From the NCBI GenBank assembly GCA_000004695.1, contig CM000151.3, forward strand, positions 8,352,001 through 8,416,000: a stretch of 64,000 nucleotides of DNA. The letters run 5' to 3'. This DNA is from Dictyostelium discoideum (Eukaryota). Made by a program: the position numbers and the translations under genes. Positions 54,382 to 64,000 of the stretch are shown here, in pieces (position 1 is the first letter of the stretch; every line of letters begins with the position of its first letter). Below the pieces are notes generated by a model. That model was given only the letters and a program-made list of their open reading frames with translations, searched no databases and was not told the origin of the DNA.

Positions 54382-55197
54382 ATGATAATTATTCTAATTG
54401 TTTTTATTATATTGACATTTAATAATATAGTTAAAAGTGAAGTTATTCAATTTATTGAATGGGATAATATAACACAAATAAATAATTTGCATTTAGAGTT
54501 TAAAATGGGTTCAACAGTTTTATTTTCAGTTTCAAATAATACAGGTGATCATAACATAGTTATTAAAGAATCTTTTTTTAATTCTTCAGAAACATTAATA
54601 AAATCACCAATACTAAATTTTAATAATAATCAAATTTACTTTATATATACATTTATTAAAGATGGAAATTATTTAATAACTGATGATTTCTCAAAAAATT
54701 CAATGGATATTAAAATTTCCTCTCCTCAATTTAATCAACAATCTTCAAACTCTTCAAAATCTTTAAATTATGATTCTTTAAATAATATCACATTCAGTAG
54801 TAGTAGTAATGACAATGATGGTAATAGTAATGAAATTTCTCAAGAAAATGAAAATTTGGATTTTAATAAATTTTTTAAAGATTCAAAAGAGGAATTGAAT
54901 TATACTTATTCAACAAATTTAAATAATAAAAAATCAATTTATGACTTTTTTTCAAATTTTACAATTTCTTCATCAAATTCAACAATTAAAAATTCAACAA
55001 AATCAAAAAAACCAACCACTATAATTGTTCGTAGTCATCATAATGAAAACTCAGACATTCTTTTAAACTCTGATTCAAACTCAAATTCAAACTCAATTTC
55101 TAACCAAAATTCACACCAAAATTCAAATTCTAATTCAATACAACCACCTTCTATATATTATTTAATTATCTATGTATCGATTTTATTTATATTTTAA
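54382..55197 (+). CDS. Ser/Asn-rich putative GPI-anchored surface protein (271 aa); paralog of the gene at 61951
   Basis: Signal peptide; conserved N-terminal domain (...GSTVLFSVSNNTGDHNIVIKESF...); Ser/Asn-rich linker; C-terminal hydrophobic tail consistent with a GPI-attachment signal. Confidence 0.6.
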   Translation: MIIILIVFIILTFNNIVKSEVIQFIEWDNITQINNLHLEFKMGSTVLFSVSNNTGDHNIVIKESFFNSSETLIKSPILNFNNNQIYFIYTFIKDGNYLITDDFSKNSMDIKISSPQFNQQSSNSSKSLNYDSLNNITFSSSSNDNDGNSNEISQENENLDFNKFFKDSKEELNYTYSTNLNNKKSIYDFFSNFTISSSNSTIKNSTKSKKPTTIIVRSHHNENSDILLNSDSNSNSNSISNQNSHQNSNSNSIQPPSIYYLIIYVSILFIF

Positions 55198-55366
55198 ATA
55201 AAATTTTTTTTTTAAAGCCAGTGTGGTTTGGGGTGTTTTTTTTTTTTAAAAAAAAAAATTAATGCCAGAAAGTTTTGTAATTTCAAAAAATACCTAGAAA
55301 GTTTTGTAATTTCAAAAAATACTCAGAACTCTTAACTTTTCAACAATTTTTAATTTTTTTTTAATT

Positions 55367-55415
<49 letters not shown>

Positions 55416-55483
55416 GAAACCACAAACCGGGAAAAAAAAAAAGTTTTAAAAAATTTTTTTTTTTTCTTTGTTTTTCTTAAAAA

Positions 55484-55633
55484 ATGTCAGGAGATTCAAA
55501 CTATGATATAGTTAAGAAAGAGTTTTTTAATTTATCTCATTATGTTATCTCTATATATGATTCATTAAATATTTATTGTACTTCTTTAAAAGGTAATTTA
55601 ACTTTATTACTATTATTTTTTTTTATCTACACA

Positions 55634-55668
<35 letters not shown>

Positions 55669-58405
55669 CTCTTTTGAAAATAAAGAATTATATTTAGGTT
55701 CAGATAGTTTTATAAATACAACAAGTAAATGTTTAGAACCAGATCATCCATTATCAAAATATAGTTTAGGTATAAAAAGTGAAATTGAAAATAGCTTTAA
55801 TGGTTGGAGTAATAATCAACAAGAGAATTTTCAAAAGTTGGTTAATTATTTAAATGGTTTAGAGAGTGCAAGATTAAAGATTGAAAATTTTGATAATAAT
55901 GGTTTTAGAGATTTTAAATTAAAAACTGAAATATTTAAAGATGTTAACAATCTATTCGATTCAAAATCTGAAAATTTCGATATCCCATTAATCAATATAC
56001 AATTCTCATTTAATAGTTTATTTCAATCAATTAATTCAATTCATAATAGTTTTTCTTTTATCTTACAACAGCAAATTAAATTTAAAAGTCCAGTTTCATC
56101 TTTACAACCTGTATCACAACCAATTTCTAAACCAAGACCAACTTCTGTAATATTACAAAATCAACAACAGCAACAACAACAACAACAAAATGATAATAAT
56201 AATAATAATGTTCAAACAACACCTATTGTACCAAATAGACCAACATATAAGCCACCAATACAAAGACCATTGTCTACTAATTTAAATAATGTTAATAATG
56301 GTAATTCTAATGTTGGTAGTTTGAGAGCTGCACCTGCTCCTATTTCATCTTCAAATGTTGAACAACCACAAAAACCAGTTACACCAACATATAAACCACC
56401 AACCCAAAGACCATTATCAACAAATTTAAGTAGTGGTGTTGTGAGACCTGCTCCTATTCCTATTTCTACTTCAACTGAAGAACCACAAAAACCAGTAACG
56501 CCAACATATAAACCACCAACACAAAGACCATTATCAACAAATTTAAGTAATGGTGTTGTGAGACCTGCCCCTATTCCTATTTCTTCTTCAACTGAAGAAC
56601 CACAAAAACCAGTAACACCAACATATAAACCACCAACACAAAGACCACTATCTACAAATTTAAGTAATGGTGTTTTAAGACCTGCACCACCACCATCTAT
56701 AAATTCTACACCTACATCTTTACCTTCTCAACCCACACCTAATACATTTAAAAAACCAAATTATATAAAACCAATGCCAGCATCACAAGAACAACAACAT
56801 CAACAACAACAACAGCAACTACAACAACAGGAGCAGCAATCAATAAAACCTCAACCAACTCCATCTTTCCAACGTCCAACTCCATCTTTTAATAAACCAT
56901 CACCATCACCATCACCATCAACTCTTGCTCAACAAACACAAACAACAGACTTTCAACCTCAAAGACCCCCACCACCATCAATTCAACCTCAAAGACCTCC
57001 ACCACCATCAACTCAACCTCAAAGACCTCCACCACCATCAATTCAACAACAACCAGTTCCAGTTGATAATAGCTATAATAAAAATGAAAAGAAAAAGGAT
57101 TCACTATCACTTTTTGGAAAGAAATTATCAACAGCATTCAAAAGTTTGGATGTTTCAAGTGGTTCTAGTTCTGGAAGATCTTCAATGATGGGATTTGGAT
57201 TTCCTACTGATATGCTTGGTCCAAAACTTGAAGATATAGTAAATGATTTTGAATATCATAAAAAAAGTAAAGTATCTACATTTTTTTTTATTATTATTTT
57301 TATTATTATTATTATTTTTAATTATTTATTTTACTAATTTTTATTATTTTTTAGAATGGGATGGATATGGTAAAAGATTTAAATTGGTTAAAAAGTATAC
57401 ACAATCAATAAGATGGGTTGGCCATGGTAGTGCAAAGATTGAAAGTGGTAAACCAATTCCAAATCAATTGATTACAATGATTCTTACAACACCAATAACT
57501 ATGCAATCACAAGTGATAACCTATTCACAAGTTGAATTTAAAAATTCAAGAGGTAATGTCGTAACACCAACCATTGTTGAAATTCCAAATTCAGAGGTAT
57601 CCATTTATCAAGCAGATTTTCATGGTCCTCAAGAGTTTGATGAATTCTTTTGCGAGAACATTGTTGAGGCGGATTTATTCTCAATCAATTTGGAAGAGAT
57701 AAAGTCAACTCAGGAACAATCACCTTATGTTGAACCATTATCAGAGAAAGAGAATGAAATTTATTTAGTTTTTACACCAACTTTGAATTTTAATGAACCA
57801 GAGTTTGCACAATTTATTGAAAGAGAAGGATTATATCCTCAAATTGATGGAGCAAACCAACAACAAGAGACATTGTTATGTTTTGCCTATAGAGTTAGTT
57901 TATATATCAAATTACATATCTCTTATGAGATCAGTTGTGGTGATCAAAAACCATTGGTAACAATTAATAAAGGTTTAGGAAATTGTTCATCTTATTCAAA
58001 TCTATTCTGTTCAATTATGAGATATAATGGTATACCTTGTAGAATAGTTAGTGGTGTGGTTTCAAGAAAAAATAATGTCATTGATGAACCTCATGGTCAA
58101 AATGAATTTTATTTACCAAATATTGGTTGGATACCTTATAATGGTGCTGTAATGGGTGGTCCAAATGATAATTCAATCGCTTTTGCAAAATGTTTTGGTG
58201 ATCTTTACTCTTATATGATTGATACTCATATCAATTTAAGTTATGATCAACAATCTAAATCAGAACATACAGAGAGACAAAGTATTTGTGGTGAAATGGT
58301 ACCAACAAAATGTTATTTTCAACATGGTTCAACACCTTCTTTTGGTGCTCCTAAAAGTGAACATGAATTCACAAGAATTGATAATGGCGGAGTTTTAGAA
58401 TTTTA

Positions 58406-58406
<1 letters not shown>
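55484..58406 (+). CDS. Transglutaminase-like (TGc superfamily) domain protein with an N-terminal Pro-rich repeat region; 3 exons, join(55484..55592,55686..57266,57355..58406), about 913 aa
   Basis: Exon 1 MSGDSNYDIVKKEFF...CTSLK with GTAATT donor; polypyrimidine acceptor at 55685; exon 2 contains four copies of a roughly 40-aa repeat (PVTPTYKPPTQRPLSTNLSNGVVRPAPIPIS...EEPQK) and poly-Q; donor a|GTAAAG at 57267; exon 3 has TGc core GLGNCSSYSNLFCSIMRYNGIPCRIVSG...EPHGQNEFYL...WIPYNG. Confidence 0.7.
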
Positions 58407-58446
<40 letters not shown>

Positions 58447-58518
58447 TAATAAATTTAAATGTTTTTCATTTTGTAATAGTATAATAAATGTTACAATAAT
58501 TTTTGTACAATTTTTTAT

Positions 58519-58833
58519 TTAATGACAAGCACCACATTTTGCAGAGGCAGCGGCAGCAGCTGAAAGTGAGAGATCAACTTTGGCTTTAATATCAATGTTT
58601 GCAAGGATTGCTGCACCTGCTGCTGGTTTATCACATCCACCACATGCAACACTGTTTGAACCCATTGATAATGATGAACCACTGAAAGAATTTAAACTTG
58701 ATTTTGATGAAGTGTTAGTTTTTGAGATTGAGGTAATTGAAGCTATATTTTTTGGATAAAAAAAAAAAAGTTAATATATTTTAATAAATAAATATATAAA
58801 ATTAATTAATAAACATTTACAAAAGAGTGTCAT
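58519..58833 (-). CDS. hssA/2C/7E-family small Ser/Gly/Ala-rich protein, copy 1; complement(join(58519..58742,58821..58833)), 78 aa
   Basis: Micro-exon 1 ATGACACTCTTTT|gtaaat (MTLF-); acceptor atatag|; exon 2 ...[63 protein letters not shown]. Confidence 0.55.
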
Positions 58834-59529
58834 TTTTAATTAATTTTTTATTTTGATTTGAAAAAAAAAAAATAAAAAAAAATAACTATTTATAGTTTTT
58901 ATAAATTAAATATAAATGATTAATTATCTTAAAAATAAAATTTTTTGTTGTAAAACATTTTTTCAAAATATTTTATCGTTTCATAATTTTTTTTTTGTTT
59001 AAATCTAATATCTATTAATCATATATCTAAAAACCACATTTTAATTTTTTTTTTTTTTTTTTATTTTTATTTTTATTTTTTTTTTATTTATTTATTTATT
59101 TATTTTTTTTAGACATAATTGACATTTTAAATTATATTTAATTTTTTAATTTATTTTTTAATTTCAAAATAGTCTTTCTATTTTTAAAATGTTTTTTTGA
59201 CAATCTTTATGAAATAAAATAAAATTTTATCTGAATGTAATGTTTTTTTTTTTTTATCAGATAAACATTAACTACTTCTTTTAAAAGATATATTAATTAT
59301 TAATTATAATAAAGATGATATATTATGGATTTGGGTGTGATTTTTATAGTAAAAAATTAAAAACTCATTATAATTAATAAAATAAAAATATAAATAAAAA
59401 AAAAATAAAAAAAATAAAAATAAAAAAAAAAGAAAAAAGAAAAAAGAAAAAAATAAAAAAAAAAACTATAAATTAAAATTAAAATTAATTATATTTTCAT
59501 TAAACAATCAATCAAAACAAATTATTAAA

Positions 59530-59881
59530 ATGACACTTTTCTGTAAATATAATATAAAATAAATATTATTTATTAAATATTTTATAATATTTTTATTTTA
59601 AATACTAATATTTAATTATTTATTTTCCAAATTTTGTTAAAAAAAAAAAATAATTAGCTTCTATTACTTCAATCTCAAAAACTAACACTTCATCAAAATC
59701 AAGTGTAAATTCTCTCAGTGGTTCATCATTATCAATGGGTTCAAACAGTGTTGCATGTGGTGGATGTGATAAACCAGCAGCAGGTGCAGCAATCCTTGCA
59801 AACATTGATATTAAAGCAAAAGTTGATCTCTCACTTTCAGCTGCTGCCGCTGCCTCTGCAAAATGTGGTGCTTGTCATTAA
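59530..59881 (+). CDS. hssA/2C/7E-family small protein, copy 2 (inverted duplicate of copy 1); join(59530..59542,59658..59881), 78 aa
   Basis: ATGACACTTTTCT|gtaaat; acceptor taattag|; exon 2 nearly identical to copy 1 ([10 protein letters not shown] versus [10 protein letters not shown]). The track ORF 59620..59805 is its antisense. Confidence 0.55.
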
Positions 59882-60295
59882 ATAAAAAAAAAAAAAATTG
59901 CAAAAAATTATTGTAATTTTAATCAGTAACATTACCAAATAAATTTTAAAAATATAAACAACCAATATAAAAAAAAAAAAAAAAAAAAAATTGATTATTT
60001 GTGAATTTTAAAGAATTGAGAAACACTAATAAAAAATTATCAATGAAATGATTTTTAAAATAATCATTTTCATATCCAAAAAGGTTTTTTAGTTTTTTTT
60101 TAAAAAAATACTTAAATTTTAAAGTGCCAAAAAAATTTTTCTAAAAATATCTTTTTCTAATATCTAATTTTTTATTTTTTTAATTTTTATTTTTATTTTT
60201 TTTTTTTTATTGACGTTTTTCAATTTTATTTTTAATATAAAATCCAAACAAAAAAAACCATTGTCATTATTTTTAAAATCAATACTCTATTTAAA

Positions 60296-60932
60296 ATGCT
60301 TACTAATAGATTTTCAATTATTTATATAATATTTTTAACTGTGTTCACATTCACTGGTGTAAATTCAACTAGCTTGTTTTCATTTACTCATGAAACTGAT
60401 AATTTTTTCCAACTTGATTTATTAAATGGTGATTTAGCTGTAAATCATACCATTTATCAAACTCTTAAATATTATCATGTTATTAATTATGATTCAAATT
60501 CCCAAGTAGTAAGTATAAAAAAAATAAAAAAAATGAAAAAAAAAAAAAAAATAAAAAAATAAAAAAAAAAATAAAAAATCTCATCTTTAAATCTAACAAA
60601 AAAAAAAAAAATAAAAAAAAAAAAAAATAGTTTACCTTATTTTGTAGTAATGGTAGTATGTATGATGGAGGTATCAATTATATGTCATTAAAATATAGCG
60701 TAAAACATAATAAATTCTATGACGAAAGTGAATCAGTTTTAGTAGATGCTCAATTTGTATACACTTCACTTTTTCAATTGGTTAACAATGTTTATTATGT
60801 ACCAATTATTTTAGATTCTTATCAAAGATATTCAATGTTGGCAATTGATTTTAATCATAATTCAAGGTATTTAATTATTATTATTATTAATATTATTATT
60901 TTATACGTAATTAATTATTCTAATCTTTTTTT

Positions 60933-60964
<32 letters not shown>

Positions 60965-61542
60965 CTACAAATAAAAGTAATATTATTGATTTTGAAATGG
61001 ATGATTTTAATTTAGGATATTATCCAACAAGTAATTTTAACAATCAAACTAATAAACTTTATACATTATATTTTGGTGCATATGGAAATCCATATATTCA
61101 AGTTTTAAATTTACCAATTAATAATGGAAGTGAAAGTGGTCAAGAAGTTTATAAATTCAAAGCACAAATGCCAGTTCTCTCAAATTTAAATCCAATTGGT
61201 CAATTATTTAGTGTTCGAAATAATGAACAAATTTATTATATTACAAGAATTAATGATAATCTTGTTGTTTGTGAAATTGATTTAGAGAATTTAGAATGTA
61301 ATAATGTATTTTCAATTGGAAATATATATACCAATATGGATACCTCATACTTTTTCTCTTATGAAAATTCAGAATTAATTTCAATTCAAGAAATTTTAGA
61401 TCAACATAGTAATCCAATTGGTGCTGAATATCAAGTGGTTGATTTAAATAATTTCAAAGTTAAAAATACCTATAAAAGTTCTGATCTCTTTAGTAAAGGT
61501 CCAAATAGTCTTGATAATTTCTTTTATTTTTCAAATAATTAA
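60296..61542 (+). CDS. Secreted protein of unknown function; 3 exons, approximately join(60296..60508,60631..60866,60978..61542), about 337 aa
   Basis: Signal peptide MLTNRFSIIYIIFLTVFTFTGVNS. Donor GTAAGT near 60509, acceptor aaaaatag| (60630), second donor ag|GTATTT (60867), acceptor ataaaag| (60977). All junctions are in frame with the track ORFs 60296.. and 60658..61542. Coordinates around 60480-60560 have a possible +/-1 uncertainty. Confidence 0.5.
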
Positions 61543-61643
61543 AAAAAATATATATTGTCACGATTTCATTAAAATTAATAATATTTTAATAAAATATATT
61601 CATTTGTGGTTTGAATAAATGATATATGATTTCTTTTGGAATT

Positions 61644-61693
<50 letters not shown>

Positions 61694-61800
61694 ATAATCT
61701 ATTTTAAGAAATAATTTGTATAATCACCTATCCAAAAAAATAAATTTGTTTTGTGGTTAAAATGTTTTCAGTAAAATTATATCACTATTTTAAATAATTT

Positions 61801-61837
<37 letters not shown>

Positions 61838-61950
61838 CTCTAAACAAAAAAACTATAAATAATTAAAAAAAAATTTAATAATTATTAAATATAGATTCAT
61901 ATTTTAAAATAATATAAAAGATTTAATTTTATAATAAAAAAAAAAAAAAA

Positions 61951-62547
61951 ATGTTTAATTCTATTAAAACTTTAATTTTATTAATATTATGTTTTTCCAA
62001 TTATTTTATTTTTTGTCAAGAATCAGTACATACAGTTAATATAGATAATTTTCCACCATTGTTGACATTATTTAATGGTTCAACAATATTATTTGTAGTT
62101 GGATTGAATACTGGTGATCATATTATTTTTACCAAGGTAACACCAAAAGGTGTTCAACCATTTACATCACCAGTTTTAAATTTACGTAGATTACAACCAT
62201 CATTTTCATATACTTTCAGTGATGCCGGCAAATATGTTATAATGGATATGTATACCTCTGAAGAAATGAATTTAACAATTATTGATACCTTATCACCATT
62301 GTCATCATCATCATCATCATCTGATTCAACCAATAATCAATCAAAATCTTCCTCTTCCAACTCTGTAAATGCAAGTTCATCATCAACAAAACCTCCAATT
62401 TCATCTTTGGAAACTGATTCTTTAAATAATTCAACTTCAACCACAACTACAACTTCTAAATCGTCACATGAAAAGAATGAATCAATTCAACTTTTAAGTT
62501 CATTTAGTAATTTGATATTCATTTCTATCATATTATTATCACTTTAA
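61951..62547 (+). CDS. Ser-rich putative GPI-anchored surface protein (198 aa); paralog of 54382..55197
   Basis: Signal peptide; shared domain (...GSTILFVVGLNTGDHIIFTKV...); poly-Ser linker; C-terminal hydrophobic tail. Confidence 0.6.
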   Translation: MFNSIKTLILLILCFSNYFIFCQESVHTVNIDNFPPLLTLFNGSTILFVVGLNTGDHIIFTKVTPKGVQPFTSPVLNLRRLQPSFSYTFSDAGKYVIMDMYTSEEMNLTIIDTLSPLSSSSSSSDSTNNQSKSSSSNSVNASSSSTKPPISSLETDSLNNSTSTTTTTSKSSHEKNESIQLLSSFSNLIFISIILLSL

Positions 62548-62919
62548 AAAATTTAATAAATAATAAAATTTATATTTTTTTTTTTTTACACTCTTTGTTT
62601 TTTTGGATACCAAAAAAAACGATAAACGAAAATCTAAAAAAAAAACACCCCACTGTTTTTTTTTTAATTGTTTTTTAATTTTTTTTTTTAATTTTTATTT
62701 TTATTTATTTTTAAAACAATGTGATCTCTGATTATTTTTAAAAAAAAAAAAAAAATAATAAAAACAATTAAATAAAACTACACAAACTTTAAGAAGTTTT
62801 TAATTGTTGATTAGATTATTTTAATTAACGTTTTAAGACTGATTTTAAAATTCCAATATTTTTTTAGGAAAAGATGATTTGAATTTATTTATTTTTTTAT
62901 TTTTTTAAATCTTTTTTTT

Positions 62920-62950
<31 letters not shown>

Positions 62951-63809
62951 TTTAAAATAAAAAATAAAAATAAAAATAAAAATTGTAGTTATTATTTATT
63001 TTTTAAAATATTATGATTATTAGTATTATTTTTAAATATAAATTAATAAAATAAATGTAATTAGGCAAAATTACTATTTCAATATCAAAATCATAAAACT
63101 TATCAAAATAAATTTATAAAATATTTTTTGGTGGATAACTAAAATCAATGAGTTCAAACAATTGTGTTTCAAGTATTAAAAAATTTTAATAACCATGTGG
63201 TTTCTATATATTTTTAACCTCTCCATTTTAACTGGTTGTTATTAGTAATACCAGTGGTTTTTTTCAAATATTGCTAAAAAAAATAATTAAAAAATTAAAA
63301 ATGTTTAAAAATTAAAACAAAATATATATAATCATACAATACAAAATTACAAAAAATAAAATTTTTATTTTTAGATTTCCTCATGTGTGGTTTTTTTTTT
63401 TTTTATCAGTAAAAAGAAAAATTGTTAATATCACTTTTACATGATGAATTAATTTGGTTGTGAATTATTCTATCATCAAAAATTCTTATTAAAATAAAAT
63501 TTCTTTGTTCAAATGTATAATAATAATAAAAAAATTAATAAATTCAAATAATAAAATTTTAAAAAAAAATAATAATAAAATTTTGAATTAAAAAAAAAAA
63601 AAAAAGTATAAATAAAAAAAAAAAAATAATAATAATAACAACAACAATAAATAATATTAAACAAAAACTTCTAAAAAAAAATATATAATTAAAATGACAA
63701 TTATTGGTAAATTATTTATAAAAACTTAAAAACTATTTTAAAATTTTATTTATTTTATTAATTTATTTATTTCATTTAAATAATAAAAAAATAAAATAAT
63801 AGAATCTAT

Positions 63810-64000
63810 TTATTCATTATCCCCAGCATTATCACCAAAAACTGGACCAACTAACTCAAATCTTACTCCAATAAATGATCCATTGTTATTATCACCAAAT
63901 CCAAGTGGACTACACGGTGGCGCATCACCAAACCTAAAAGCTTGCCTTAGAAACAAACCCTTACTCATAAATTTTGATCTTAACATGACTACAATCTCAT
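63810..64000 (-). CDS. 3' end of a minus-strand gene, partial; continues beyond the window end
   Basis: Open frame from the window edge to TAA at 63810-63812 (...FGDAPPCSPLGFGDNNNGSFIGVRFELVGPVFGDNAGDNE*). No upstream stop within the window. Confidence 0.4.
   Translation of the reverse strand, partial: EIVVMLRSKFMSKGLFLRQAFRFGDAPPCSPLGFGDNNNGSFIGVRFELVGPVFGDNAGDNE

Larger units (their letters stand above)
58519..59881. repeat. Inverted duplication: about 240-bp arms (58519-58760 and 59640-59881) plus matching micro-exon segments, about 95% identical, around an AT-rich spacer of about 700 bp
   Basis: The reverse complement of 58520-58760 aligns base-for-base with 59640-59880. Confidence 0.85.

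Noticed and set aside
59620-59805. 61-aa minus-strand [14 protein letters not shown]...
   Set aside because: Antisense of hssA copy 2 exon 2. The sense strand carries the conserved MTLF...CGACH protein with a proper micro-exon/intron.

Overview
This window is nuclear DNA of a dictyostelid social amoeba, almost certainly Dictyostelium discoideum or a very close relative. The evidence: about 78% A+T, homopolymer tracts of 25-70 nt, short AT-rich introns with GTAAGT...AG boundaries, poly-Asn/Gln coding tracts, tRNA-gene-targeted TRE retroelements, and FNIP-repeat and hssA/2C/7E-type genes. Nothing here is prokaryotic: there are no operons or CRISPR arrays. The six-frame track behaves like a bacterial ORF finder; it uses TTG/GTG starts and reads through introns, so I rebuilt the exon-intron structures by hand.

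Annotated content:
- about 25 protein-coding genes, mostly multi-exon, including RNase H2A, AP endonuclease apeA, an amoebapore/saposin-like gene, FUN14, an acid-lipase-like gene, an Mtd1-type MTHFD, a DUF726/TMCO4 gene, urocanase, valyl-tRNA synthetase, an atypical Rho GTPase, a transglutaminase-like gene, a B-box/FNIP gene, two large tandem IPT/TIG-like surface glycoprotein paralogs, an inverted pair of hssA/2C/7E genes, and a pair of related GPI-anchored surface protein genes
- one tRNA-Ala(AGC) gene at 12904-12976, flanked upstream by a near full-length TRE5-type non-LTR retrotransposon on the minus strand and downstream by a 5'-truncated TRE3-type fragment
- a complex repeat/tRNA-like region downstream of the TRE ORF2, several microsatellites, and a 100-N assembly gap at 18654-18753

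Most interesting observations:
- an in-frame amber codon in an otherwise intact urocanase gene
- the two tandem surface glycoprotein paralogs, whose 3' halves appear homogenised by gene conversion
- the inverted-duplicate hssA pair around a shared promoter
- the tRNA-like sequence with a Pol III terminator-like unit inside the TRE 3' repeat region
- a Rho GTPase with a degenerate switch II
- the DUF726 ORF, which lacks an ATG and is best explained as a downstream exon of the unannotated ORF 5' of it
- a GC-rich non-coding island that may encode a small RNA

Coordinates near 60480-60560 carry a possible +/-1 uncertainty. The printed sequence there reads as an in-frame TAA at 60485-60487, about 25 codons before the end of the 88-aa ORF given in the ORF track.
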